Of a stretch of 60,000 bases of DNA, positions 1 through 27,473 are shown piece after piece. The notes under the pieces were generated by a model. It made no database searches. It had not been told where the DNA came from and saw nothing but the letters and a program-made list of their open reading frames with translations. Numbering within the stretch: position 1 is the first letter of the stretch; every line of letters begins with the position of its first letter. The stretch spans positions 17,424,001 through 17,484,000 of the forward strand of contig NC_058383.1 of the NCBI RefSeq assembly GCF_018350175.1. Direction: 5' to 3'. The position numbers and the translations under genes were made by a program. The DNA comes from Felis catus (Eukaryota).

Positions 1-109
1 CCTCCCCACTCATGCTCTGTCTCTCTCTCTCTCTCAATAATAAATAAACACTAAAAAATTGAAAAAAAAATAACCAGACGCTTAACCAACTGAGCCACCC
101 AGGTGCCCC
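1..109. mobile_element. Can-SINE 3' end (+) abutting an inverted Can-SINE 5' fragment
   Basis: (CT)n, AATAAA-rich A tail, then reverse-complement head ...ctgagccacccaggtgcccc. Confidence 0.85.
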
Positions 110-489
110 TCCTCTGTGGGCTTTTATGACCACAGGTTCCAGCTCTTTCTAGGACCACCGGTCCCACCTGTCTGTTTGTTAGCCTCTTGATGGTTTGCCT
201 TCTTGGTTCCTGCTGTGATCTGTAGTTGTTGGTGCCTTTGTTAAACTTCCCAGGATTGTGATACTCATTATTTTATTTGTGGTCTCTGGGTGGGATCACA
301 GGGCTTTGGAATGGTGACTTAAGGTCACAGGAGGCTGGGCTCAGAGCCTCATGGAGTGGAATGTGGAGGGGGTGGGGAGCAGGGGCCATATAGGGAAAAT
401 AGCTCTGGGGTTGGAACTCTCTAAAGCTGAGCCTTTATCTCTATTTCATGGTTTTCGGGTTATTCCTTCTGGGCCCTCTGAACAGTCTT

Positions 490-693
490 TTTTGTTTTGT
501 TTATTTTTGAGAGACAAGAGAGACAGCATGAGCAGATGAGGGGCAGAGAAAGAGGGAGACACAGAATCTGACACAGGCTCCAGGCTCTGAGCTGTCAGCA
601 CAGAGCCCGACATGGGGCTCGAACTCACGGACCACGAGATCATGACCTGAGCTGAAGTCAGATGCTTAACCGACTGAACCACCCAGGGGCCCC
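490..693 (-). mobile_element. Can-SINE (SINEC_Fc-like)
   Basis: Full length; TSD tgaacagtctt at 479-489 and 694-704. Confidence 0.93.
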
Positions 694-869
694 TGAACAG
701 TCTTGAAGTGTGTGTTAAGTATATGGGGTCTTGGCTGTGTAGGTATTAGGGATGTGTGTGTTCCTTCCAGTCTGTGTGAAGGTCAGTCCCTGCCCGGTCC
801 TGAGGCGTGGCAGACTGTCCTCTGTCCCCTCCACCTGCAGGTCCATCCTACCAACATCCTACCTACACT

Positions 870-1340
870 GAAGCCAGATGACCTGGGCTGGAATCCCAGC
901 TCATTCACCTACTGTACAACGCTCTAAGCCAAGTTACATAACCCTGCTATGCCTCAGTTCCCTCACTTGAAAAATGGAAACGATAACAGTACCAACCTCA
1001 TAGGACTGCCAAAAGGATTAAATGAGATGATATATGAAAAGTGAATAGTGGGGCGCCTGGGTGGCGCAGTCGGTTAAGCGTCCGACTTCAGCCAGGTCAC
1101 GATCTCGCGGTCCGTGAGTTCGAGCCCCGCGTCGGGCTCTGGGCTGCTGGCTCAGAGCCTGGAGCCTGTTTCTGATTCTGTGTCTCCCTCTCTCTCTGCC
1201 CCTCCCCCGTTCATGCTCTGTCCCTCTCTGTCCCAAAAATAAATAAAAAACGTTGAAAAAAAATTAAAAAAAAAAAAAGAAAAGTGAATAGAACAGGGCC
1301 TGGTATGGAATAAGTGCTATATAAATGCTTGCTGCTATTA
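870..1340 (+). mobile_element. MIR SINE, interrupted by the Can-SINE
   Basis: Core gcctcagttccctcacttgaaaaatgg...ggattaaatgag. Confidence 0.7.
1050..1278 (+). mobile_element. Young Can-SINE (SINEC_Fc) inserted in a MIR
   Basis: GGGGCGCCTGGGTGGCGCAGTCGG head, A tail, perfect 13-bp TSD gaaaagtgaatag. Confidence 0.95.
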
Positions 1341-2714
1341 TATGACAGTGATGATGATGATTGTTACCCTGAGGGGGTCAGCAGCCCTAGTGTCTCTGCC
1401 GGGGATTCCACTCTGCTGCTCTTCCAGGGTATCCTCCTGCTTTCCATCTCCTGCGCCCACTCTGCATCAGGTACTAGGCTAGCAGCCTTACCAGCTTCTG
1501 CACATCTCTCATGTCTCCACTTGGCTCTGACATACCATATATTTCATTTGATATTATTTACATTGTTTCCATTTATTCTATATATTGTCTGTCTTCACCC
1601 CTCCTCTCCATCTACCAGAATGTAAGCTCCATGAGGGCAAGGATTTTCACCTGCTGTATTCACTGCTGTGTCCCCAGCACCTACAACAGTGCCTGGCATG
1701 TGGTAGCTGGTCAAGGAATATTCATGAATGAATGAGATTATTATTTGTAATGTAATATTTATATAGCATTTACTATGTGCCAGGCACCAATATAAGCACT
1801 TTGTAAATATTAACTCAATCTTCATAGCAGTTCTATGAGATAGGTAACTGTTATTGTCCTCATTTTACAGAGGAGGAAACTGAGACAAAGAGGTATTAGG
1901 TGCCCAGGTTTGCGCACTAGTGCATGAGAGAGTCAAGATTTGAAGCCAGAGAGTGGAGGTCTAGGTTCTGTGCTCTTATCCACTCCACTATGATCCAAGG
2001 AAGATGCGGGCCAGGGGAGGCTCCTTGGGTTCCATCTACCTTTGGGAACTTGCTGCCACCTACAGATGCCCTGTTTTAGATCATCTGTAGGGAGAGGGGG
2101 GCTGACTTTGCCTGCAAGACTGAGCCTTCTCCACTCCTCTGTCACAGGGTCTCTCTTCCACACCTGCTGGGTGGGGCTGACTGCTGGGGAGGTTGTTTGT
2201 CCTCTTCCATCTCCCTGTTTGCTGTGTCCCCAGGAGCCAAAGATATCCATGCCTGTTTCACATAAAGGGCTTCTGTTTATCCTACCAATGTCTCTGAGGC
2301 TGTTTTTGTGCCAAGGCCCCCAGAGATGAAGCCCCCACAGCTCTCTCTTCATGAGTGTGTTTGTGGTCTGACCTTGACCACTCCCTAGAGTTCCATCTGA
2401 GAACCTCTGTTCAGAGGCTACACACACTCTTGTGGCTTTAACTGGCATGGATATGCTGGCTCCCAGATCCATGTCTCCAGCCCCACATTTTCTCCTGAGT
2501 GCCACATCTCTGAATCCACTTCTAGAGGTCCCCTCCAGAACATCCCCTCCTGGATTTAAGGAACATAGATACCTTAAATTCAACGTGTTCCAAACAGGAT
2601 GCATTGTCTCCCCTTGGAAATCTCCTAAACTAGCTTCTATTCCTCCTGTTTCCTCTCCTTGTGGGTCACACATGGTCACGTGTGCCATAACCCTCGTCCT
2701 GAACTTCATTCTAA

Positions 2715-3400
2715 AAGTGATGGATCACACAATTTGTCAGGATAAGCTCCCTAAAAATACTACAAGAAAATACGGGCAAAAATCCTTTATAACTCTAGGA
2801 GTGAGGAAGGCCTTTCCAACTCCAACTCAAAATTTAGAAGCTATAAAAGATTAATACATTTGTTTACATGGAAAAAATTCTGCATGGCAAAAAAAAAAAA
2901 AAAACACATCAAAGCAAAATCAAAAGACAATAAACTAGGAAAAGTATTTGTAATTCTTATCATATACAACAGGTAACATATTTTTTCTCTCTACTGTTTA
3001 AAGAGCTTCCACATGTTGATAAGAAAGCCCAACAGTTCAATACAAAAATGGTCAAAGAACATGACAGATCACAAAAAAAATACATAAGGCCTTAAACACA
3101 TGCAGATGTTCAACTTCACACGTAATGAGGGAAATGAAAAGACAATGAAAAACCATTTTGTTCTTTTATTGCATTAGCAATAACCCATATGTCTGACAAA
3201 AAAAAAAACAAAAAAAAAAAAACCCACAAAAACAAACAAAAACACTTTTTTGGCAAGACCGTGAGGAAACAGGGACTTTCACCCATTGTTGGTAGGAATG
3301 AAAAATGATACAACCCAGACAATATTTATCAAAATTCTAAATGTACATACACTTTGAACCAGCATTCTCATTTTTGAAAATCTATCTGAAAATCTACCTG
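2715..3400 (+). mobile_element. Old L1 fragment
   Basis: A-rich sequence resembling the L1 ORF2 3' region. Confidence 0.6.
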
Positions 3401-3669
3401 TATCAGTTAGCTATTGCTTCTGAAGAAATCACCTTAATAGTTACTGGCATCAAACAACAACGATTTATTGTTTCTCCAGATTCTAAGGATGGTCAGGTGG
3501 TTTTTCTGCTGATCTTACCTTAGATTACTCAAGTGGTGGCAGTCAGCTGACACCGCAGCTGGGGCTGGATGGTCTGTGATGGCTATCACACTAGTCTGAG
3601 ACCTTAGCTCTGATGGCTCGGTCAGCTGGGATGGCTGAGCCACTCTCTCCTTGTGGTACTTCACCCTGA

Positions 3670-3722
<53 letters not shown>

Positions 3723-3980
3723 CTAAGTAAGTTCTACACCCAACATACAGCCTAAACTCACAACCCCGAGATCAAGAGTTGCATGTTCTACTGACTGAGC
3801 CAACCAGGTGCCCCCATCTTGAGCTTCTTCATAGCATAGTGTCCTCATGGTTCCAAAAGGGTGGGAATAGAAGCTTCAGAGTCTCTTGAGGCCCAGTTCA
3901 GAAGTTGTGCAACATTGTGGCATATCCAGTTACTCCAAGCAAGTCACAAGTCCATGCCAGCTGCAAAGGGGGGAGAAATG
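3400..3980. mobile_element. MLT1-like (ERVL-MaLR) LTR interrupted by a short Can-SINE with (GT)n at ~3674-3815
   Basis: tgtatcagttagctattgct...aaacaacaacgatttatt; ccaagcaagtcacaag. Confidence 0.6.
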
Positions 3981-4442
3981 GAATTTTATTTCACTATATC
4001 TACCATGTATGAAATGACATATACGTCAGTGTTATTCATTGGATATTGTTTGCAGGTTTGTCCATCAGTGGGTAAGCAGCTGTCAAAAAGGATGAGGATG
4101 CTCATTATGTTAGTCAGATATCAAGGTGTAGAATGAGGATATCATGCTAACGTGGTATAAGAAAAAAAATGTGTGTGTGCATGTATGTGTGTGTGTATGT
4201 GTGTGTATACTTATATCCTCAGAGCAATCCTGGAAAGTTACATAAGAAACTAATAAAAGTTGTTCCCTACGGATGTTTCTTGAGAACAAGGTGGTAAGCA
4301 CCAATGTCAAGAGTAAGAATTTTCACTGTAAACCTTTTATATTATTTAGATTTTTTGAACCATATGGAAGTATTACCTATTTTAAATAATTGTATCAAAG
4401 AAAGAAGGTACCTTTGAATAATTTCAAATGAAGGAATATATC

Positions 4443-4805
4443 TGTCTTAGTCAGCTTGGGCTGATCTAACAAAACACCATAGACTGGCCAGCTTAAACAA
4501 TAGACATTTATTTCTCACATTTCTGGAGGCTGGAAGTGCAAGATCAAGGTGCCAGCAGATTTGGTTCTTGGTGAGGGGTCTCTTCCTGCCTCTCTCCATC
4601 TTCAGCATGGAAGAAAGAAGAAGCTCTGGTGTCTCTTCCTTTTCTTAAAAGGGCGCTAATCCGATCAGGGTCTCTACCCTTGTGACCTTATCTGAACCAA
4701 ATTACCTCCCAAAGGCCCCACCTCCTGATACCATTACAGTGGAGGTTATGGCTTCAACAAATGAACGCGGGGGGGGGGGGGAATGCAGACATTCAGCCCA
4801 TAACA
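4443..4805. mobile_element. MLT1A-like solo LTR
   Basis: TG...CA termini (tgtcttagtc...cataaca); ctggaggctggaagtgcaagatcaaggtgccagcag. Confidence 0.8.
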
Positions 4806-6005
4806 GAATACTCTGATCAAACTTTCATTTTACAAGGGTCCTGCTGGTGACCACCACAGATGGCTGTGCCTGTGGGCACTATGGGAGCTATCACATGAGA
4901 GAGACACCAACCACATCGTAGATATCAATGTTTATTACAGTTGTCTGACAGATGGAAGTAGAGTGTCATGAGGAAGGCAAACCTGTTTCTATTTGCACAC
5001 AGGTGCAGTAAGGGTTGGCAATAGTCCTGGTTACGTGAAGGTTGATTGGGAAATCAGGAATCTCCTCAGGCCAAAAATAATGAGGCCTGGAAGTGGGGAT
5101 GGAACCTCCGTTAACAGAGTCTATCAGACATGGTTGCAGATTGGGAAAATTGGTGAGGGAGTAGGAGGGTCCTAGATCACTTCTGGATATCTGGCTCTTG
5201 CTGTATGTGGAGACAAGTTTTCTGGAATAAGAGAAAGTATTTCAAATAAATTACCTTTATAAATCACAGCAATAGACTATTAGAAAATGTAAAAGTACCA
5301 TTTATAGAAATATATAGTGCCTAAGTAACCCTTTTTAAAATATGTTAATATCTTTTGTGACAGAACACTTAAAATTTTATCAGATTTTAAAGAAATCCAA
5401 AACCGATGGATAGATATACCATGTAAATGAATAGGAAGACTCAATACTGTAATGACATCAGTTCTTCCAAAATATATCTACAAAGTCAGCACCATGATCC
5501 AGTGTCTCTGCTGCATGACGTTGACTCTGGTTTTGAAGGACAGAAGGGCTGGCGTGACTCAGTGGGGAGCCAGATACCAATTGGCTAAGAGAATGTTTCG
5601 ATAGTCAAACATTTCTTCCTGGATTGGATCCCAGCTCTTGCCTTGAATAAATTACTTAAACTCTTTGTGCTTGTGTTTCCTTGTCTGTAAATAGAGATAA
5701 TAGCAGTAGCCTCAGATGGTTGTTGTGAAGATTGAATAATACAAATAAAACACTTAAAACAGAGCTTGACACGTGATAAGCACTATGTAAGAATTAGCTA
5801 TTACTATCACTACTATTATCACGGTTATTAACATTATATTCACTTTACAGGTTCATGATGGTTTGAATGGGCAGTGGAAATAGTGAGGGAGAGGGATGTG
5901 CAACTAAATTCCAGGGGCCTAATGCATAAGACCTGAAAGTTGGATGTGAGGGATGGAAGAACAGGATAACAATGCTCTTTCGCATCTGCCTGAACTGAGA
6001 TTTTC

Positions 6006-6203
6006 TTTTTTTTTTAAGCTTATTATTGTGAAAGAGACCGAGAGTGCAAGGGGGGAGGGGCAGAGAGAGAGAGGGACAGAGATCCAAAGCAAGCTCTGTG
6101 CTGACAGTAGAGAGTCTGATGCCGGGCTTAAGCTCACAAACCACTAGATCATGACCTGAGCTGAAGTCAGACACTTAACCGGCTGAGCCAGTCAGGTGCC
6201 CCT
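6006..6203 (-). mobile_element. Can-SINE
   Basis: Reverse-complement Can-SINE with a degenerate TSD (tgagatttt). Confidence 0.88.
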
Positions 6204-6761
6204 GGAATTGAGATTTTTTAGTTACAAATGGCTCCTATGCTTGTTTTCTCAGTAAATCCTCACTGTGCCTGGGGGGGGGGTGGGGGGGTGGGGGGGTGAG
6301 TATTACAGTCCATTTTACAGATTTTTGGACCTAGGGCTTAGAGAAATTACCTCCAGGGAAATGGGCAGGTTGATGTTTATTTTGCTTGCCACGGTACATC
6401 TAGCACCACAGCATAGTCCTGGCACAGAGTAGGGCCTCAAAAAATACCTACTGGTTAATAGATGAATAAGTCAAATGGATATTCATTCTTTTGATGCTAA
6501 GCACAGCAGGTGTGATAGACAGGCCCTGTGCCAGTTACCATGGGGAGGCAGAGATTAATCAGATGGGGTCTTTAAACATGCACTCAGAGTCCAGTGGGTT
6601 GATAAGCTATGAATAAATTTCTCCACCTGAAGTACTGAGCCTTGAAGGACAGGAAGTAACCCAAACCCACTGCAAAAATAAGCCTTTGTTGTATTAAATC
6701 ACTGAGATTTGGGGGAAGTTTGTTACATAGCCTAACCTAGCCTTGGCATTGCCTAGATATA

Positions 6762-6900
6762 CTATTGTTCCCAAACTTGACTAAAAATAAGCATTTCTAG
6801 AGGTAGTGGCTAAAAACCCAGATTCCTGGGCCGCCACACAGATCTACTGAATCAGAATTTCCAGGGACGCATCCTGGTAATCTGCATATTTAACAGGCTT
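6762..6900. mobile_element. MER5A-like hAT-Charlie fossil
   Basis: cagattcctggg...tactgaatcagaa...atctgcatatttaaca. Confidence 0.7.
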
Positions 6901-8944
6901 TCCCTTCATCTTCAGAAGGGTCAAGAAAGACTGAGCAGCTAAAGTCCAAGGAAGGATAGGAGTGGGGCTTGGGCATATGAAAGGGAAGGGTGTTCCAGAG
7001 GTTAGGAGGAACATGAGGAAAAGCATGAGGTGGGAAAAATGCAGGGGATGGCTTGGGACTGGAATCAGGTACATGAGCCATGATGGTATGTGCTGAAGTG
7101 GGAAGTCAGGTGAGGAAGTCTGAGCTTTATCTCACCAACAGTGGGGAAGCAGGGGATGGCCGGCTTATACTGATACTTCAGAAAGGCCAGTCAGGCAGGG
7201 AGACTGCATAGGAGGCTGGGGCATGGTGCACGTGACCCACCTCACCTGGGATATTGGGATGACTTTAACAATCACTGAACAATAAGAAGAACTACAACTG
7301 TTATCACATCACATATTCCTGTGTCCATCTTTAGTGCCACAGCCAGATTTGAGATGAACACCTTTCACCCCTTCATTTACTTAAATACTTGGGCACCTTT
7401 TTATGTGCTGGGTGCCATAGTGCCACTGGAGAACCAGCAATGAACAAAACAAACAAAAGTCCCTGCCTTCATGGAACTTACTTTCTTTGTCTTTATGCCC
7501 AGGTAAGGGAGTGAAGGCATATACCATTCATTCATTTATTCATTCATTCATTCATTCATTCATTCAAATTTTTAGTGAACATCTGCTTTGTGCCTGACCT
7601 TGGTTGCCGGGGAGAAGTAGACATGAGTCAGGCCCAGTCTGGTCTAGTGGGGAAGCTGACTCAGCCCACACCTCATGAGGTTGTTTGCCTAGACTTCTGG
7701 GAGAGGCTTGGAAGGATGGGAAGTCTGACTATTCAGGAAGGGACAAAACAGAGTACTGGGCAGAGGAAGTGGCACAGTGAAAGACTCCAGGGTGCCTGGG
7801 GTCCCTGATCCCTTTGTGTGATTAAGGCTTGGGGTCTGTGGCCCAGGGAGGGAAGTGGTAGGAGAGATGAGGTGATGGTGGTGGGATTCAAATGCCAGGG
7901 TAGCTACTAAGTGAAATCCGGGAGGCCATGATGGGTGGTGGAGTTGTTGGTGCAGGAGACTGATATGATCACATTTGTTTAGGGGACAATCGCACTAACA
8001 CCTGGGGAGAAAATTGGACATGCAGGGAAGGGGCTACAGGTGGGAAGGCCAGAGAGGGGGTGTTAGGATGGTCCAGGTGAAAGCCAATGAGGGCCTAGAC
8101 TGACCTGAGGAGGTGGAAGGAGTGAGGAGGGAAAGGACCCAGGAGACAGCTCTGGGTTTGGCAGTTGAGGGAGGAGCTGTAACATTGTGGTTTTACAAGA
8201 ATAGGCTTTGTAATCCAAAGCCCCAGCATGCAAGAGCCCCAGCTCTGTCCTTTACAAACCTTGTGAACTTAGATCCATTATTTAACATCTGAGCCTCAGT
8301 TTCCTGATCTGTACACTTGGAATAATGGCAGTAGCAGCTACCTGGTTGGGAAGATTCTAGGAGCTACTAAGCGTGGCACCTAGGACATAGTGCATGCTCA
8401 GAACACAGCAGCATTATAAGGACAGGGGAGGGAACCAAGGTCAGCTTTTAGTCTGCTTTGAGTAACTGGCTGATGGAGATGCCATCTCTGATGGAGAATA
8501 CAGGAAGGGGCACTTTGGGAGGAGAAGGCAAGGCCACCACAGCGTTGGAAGTTCCATCAAAGCCCTGGCCTCACTCACTATAGTTATGGATCTACTCATG
8601 TTTCTGATGACACCTTTCACCTCTGTGTTCTTGGTGCCCAGCTCAGTCCTCAGCCTTGTAGTAGGTGCCGCCTTTGAGGAGGAGGACCTGGCTTGCAGGT
8701 ATAGATGTGGGTACTGTAGGCAAGTAGGTGCCGCTGACCCTGGGAAGTAAGAGAGTAAAGAAGAGAAGAGAACCCAGAGCAGGGCCCAGGAAACCCTGAT
8801 GTAGAGGGGTTGTGGGAGAAAGGAAGGACCTGGAAGGAGGCTGGGAAATAATATTCAGAGTTTGGGGGGGCGGGGGGACTGGGCATGAGAGGCAGGAGGC
8901 AGGCTGGGAGCCAGGGAGGAGAGGGTTTCAGGAAGAGAGAGGTC

Positions 8945-9408
8945 TAGGCAAATTATGGAAAGAGCCCAAATGTCCATTGACTGATGAATGGATAGAGAAG
9001 ATGTGGTATGTATATACGATGGGCTATTACTCGGTGATCAAAAAGAATGAAATCTTGCCATTTGCAACAATGTGGATGGAACTCAAATGTATTATGCTAA
9101 GCGAAATAAGTCAGTCAGAGAAACATAAATATCATATGATTTCACTCACATGTGGAATTTAAGAAACAAAACAGATGAACATAGGGGAAGGGAAGGAAAA
9201 ATAAGATAAAACCAGAGAGGGAGGGAAACCATAAGAGACTCTTAAAAACAGAGAACAAACTAAGGGTTGCTGGAGGGAAGGTGGGTGGGGGGATGGGCTA
9301 AAAGGGTGATGGGCATTAAGGAGGGCGTCTGTTGGGATAAGCACTGGCTGTTATGTGTAAGTGATGAATCAACAAATTCTACTCCTGTTAACTAACTTGG
9401 ATTTAAGT

Positions 9409-9414
<6 letters not shown>
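8945..9414 (+). mobile_element. 5'-truncated carnivore L1 (ORF2 end + 3'UTR)
   Basis: Encodes KLWKEPKCPLTDEWIEKMWYVYTM...KKNEILPFATMWMEL...MISLTCGI*; TSD agagagaggtc. Confidence 0.92.
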
Positions 9415-9449
<35 letters not shown>

Positions 9450-10662
9450 CATAAGGGTCCTATGTCACTGAAAGATCATGAAGGGTAAGGCCCCTGACTA
9501 GTGGTCGATGGATTTGGCATCAAGGAGGTGATCAGGTAACTTGGCAAAAGCAGGTTTAAGGCCTGTCAGGGGCCAAAGCTCCACTGCAGGGGTGGAACAA
9601 TTGGTGTGATGTTAAAATATGGAGAAGGGGAGAAGAGAGGTGGGCATCAAGGAGAAGGACACAGGGTACTTGGACCTTCAGGTGTACCTTCATTCCCCTC
9701 CCAATGAGGAAAAATTTCGTTTTCAACATTCAGAGCCATGTAAAGATAGGCCAAGAGTTCTGGTAAGGTAGTGAGCCCCCTGTCCTTGGAGGTAGACAAG
9801 CAGAGCTCTGAGACCCATCGCTGTCACAGAGCAGGCAAGGCTGTGCAAAATAAATCCCAAAACAAACAAGTCCCTGTCCTTCCAGGCTTGGCTGATTCCT
9901 TGCATCACAAAAGCCACCTAGAGGGTCGGTTTTGCTATTTCTAGTGTCCAAAGAACCTCCTGCAGGGACACATACACAGAGGTGGTCGTGCACACGCTCA
10001 CACAGATACTCACAGATACCAAACATAAAATCTATCTATATCTCCTGGTGTAAAGGGATGCACAGCAACCCTTCCCTGGGTTATTCCCTTAATTCATTCC
10101 TTTACCCCCTTTCTGCCATCACCACCGCCCCCCCCCCCCCCAACCCAGCAGCTCGCTGCCTCCCGCCGCATCTCCTCTGCCTCTCTCCGAATCTCTCCCT
10201 GCTTCTCTGGTTCTGCCCTTCCCCACCCCCCTCTAGGCCTCTCCACTCCCCCTCTCCCTGGGTCCCCCTCCCCCGGACTACAACCCCCAGGCGCCCCCAG
10301 CCCCGGGCGCTGCGCATGCCCCCTGCTCCCCGCCCCCTCCCGGTTCCCCCCTCCCTCCCTTCCTCCTTACCTCCCTCCGCCCCCCTCCCCCGCGCTTCGG
10401 CTCCCGCATCCCTCCATCCGAGCCTGTGCCGCAGCCGCATCGCCACCGCAGCCCCGGCAGAGCCGAGCCCGGCCCAGGCCCCTGCCCCTGCCCGGCCCTC
10501 GGCTCGCCACCCCCGGCCCCGCCCCCGTCCGCGGGCCCCCCCCCAGCGGCTCCGGTGCCCCCCGGCGCCCCCAGACTCCGGCCTCCAGCACCGAGGCAGG
10601 AGGCAGGGAGCAGCAGCAGAGGCAGGAGGACGAGGAGGAGGAGGAGGAGGAGCCGTCGCAGG

Positions 10663-25383
<14,721 letters not shown>

Positions 25384-27418
25384 GCCCCCCCATCTCTCCC
25401 AGACCCTTCCCCCACCACATTGGGAGCAATACCCCCACCATCCCCTTCCATCCCCTGCTCCAGGCTCACCCCCAAGACAGACCCAGGCAGCCCCCCCTTC
25501 CCACCCCCCCGTCAGACCCTGGAGTCCCTGGACCTCACCCTGCCATGGACCACCCCTGCCCCCGCACGTAGATAGCAGCAGGCGTGATTACACATGCACA
25601 CCAACATGCATGCCGCCAGCACATGCTCGAGACGTGTGGACACCCCAGCGTGTGTGTGTACGTGTGTAGATGTGTGTAGAAGCACCAAATCACCCTTCTG
25701 CCCACCCCCCCACCCCCCGCCTCAGGTCTGTGTGTCTTCTGAGCTTCCCCCTTTCACTTGGGTTGTTGTGTGTAGACTGTGGCCGGGTATAACACAGCAG
25801 CCCACCAAGCCCCGCTCTGTCTTCTGTGAATAGATGTGTGTGTGTGTGTGTGTGTGGCCACAGATCCACAGACACACAATTCGCGTACATGGAATTTTGT
25901 GTTTGAGTGTTTGAATCCAACACAACAGCACTTCTTCTACGGATCCCCACCTCCCCCATGTCTGCTATAGGTAGGGCCGGTCGTGAGTGTACAGACGCTC
26001 ACACTCACATTCCCAGAGGATCCAGGTGGGCCCAGACACACATAGGCCATGGCAGACACCCCAGTGTGATGTTAAGCAAACCTTCCTGGCTTAGGCACCC
26101 CAGGGGCTGGCATGTGTCCCAGGGAGCGTGTGTGTGCATGTGTGTGCATTGTGAGCCTGTGGAGTTTAGCCAAGGTGAGTGGAAGCATGTAAATAAGCTA
26201 GCTCGGCCTGTGTATACGTGTGCATTTCCCCCAGCAGGTAATGTGAGGAATACATGTGTGTGTGTGTGTGCACGCGTGTGTCTCAAGGACATGCCTGAAA
26301 TTTGATGGGTCTTCTCCTCGGACAGAGCTCTCCATATTGTGCGCTGGACACCCATTTTGGGTAGGCCCAAAAATACACATTTCTGTGCTATGTGGAATAC
26401 ATCTGTGTGAAAGTGTGTGCGCGTGCGCCCACGTGTGTGTCTAGAGGCTTTCTACATGGTGTGTTTCTGCCCGCCTGTGTGTTATATGCACACACGTTTG
26501 TCTTTAAAGACACGTGCCCGTCCAGGTTTGTTTATCTGGACGTATCTGCCCTCTCCCTCTCTCCCCAGAGCTGCTGACCAACATCTGGTCAGCACACCGT
26601 CCCATCAACATTGTGCAACTGCAGCTTCCTGCCCTGCCAGGTTTCAGAGCCCCTGTGCACACGTGCCCACACGCCTGTGTTTCTCTGTGTCTCTGCCGGA
26701 GGGTAGACCTTTGTTGAGAGCGGGTGCACCTCGGTGTGCTCACGCATGCCCGGGCTGAGGGGGCCTCGTGCGGGGGGCCCACTGAGGCACATACATACAC
26801 ACAGGAACATGCACGCTCCCACGGGCGTGGTGCCCTTTCAGGCTGCACCCACTTGCATGTAGATGCCACCCAAAAGGGCTATTTGTGGGAAATGTTACTG
26901 ACGAGGTGAATGTCAAGGGCCACCCCAGACAGATCGAAAATTAGGGCATTCCTGCCTTCCACACATTTACCTCCTAACTGGCCAGGGCTTGTCCTCACCA
27001 CCACATCTGACACTCTGGACTCTGCCTCAGGGACTGGAACTGTTATTTCAGGAATACTGGAATGGCCGGTTGGCAGCAGCCACTCAGGGTGAGCCGAGTC
27101 CCAGGACCCATCCCCTGCCGAAATGTTGGCAATAGCTGTCCCCCCCGCCCCCCCGCCCGTCCCCTGGGTTGAGATTGAAGGTGAGGGCACAGGCCCGAGC
27201 TTCTGAGGGTGAAGAAAGGGCCCACTCCTCCCTCACTGTGTAGACAGCACATGCACTATGCATGGAGGGTTGGGGGGTAAGGTCGGTGGCGGGGCTGCAG
27301 GAGATGCATGAGCAAAGGACCCACATATACAGGATTGAACACACAAGAAGTAGGCCCTGCCCCAGGGTTGGGTGTGTGTGTGCAGATTGTCTCCCGGGGT
27401 CCCACTTCATGTGAAGTG

Positions 27419-27473
<55 letters not shown>

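Noticed and set aside
446..682. Recurrent 'AQVMISWSVSSSP...LTAQSLEP' peptides (also at 23937, 39853, 41767)
   Set aside because: Translations of Can-SINE copies, not a gene family
1050..1130. tRNA-like A/B boxes
   Set aside because: tRNA-derived head of a Can-SINE, not a tRNA gene
1933..2709. 258-aa - strand ORF
   Set aside because: Overlaps MIR/L2-like fossil sequence; no recognisable motif or exon structure
8812..9162. 116-aa ORF
   Set aside because: C-terminal fragment of L1 ORF2 from a truncated insertion
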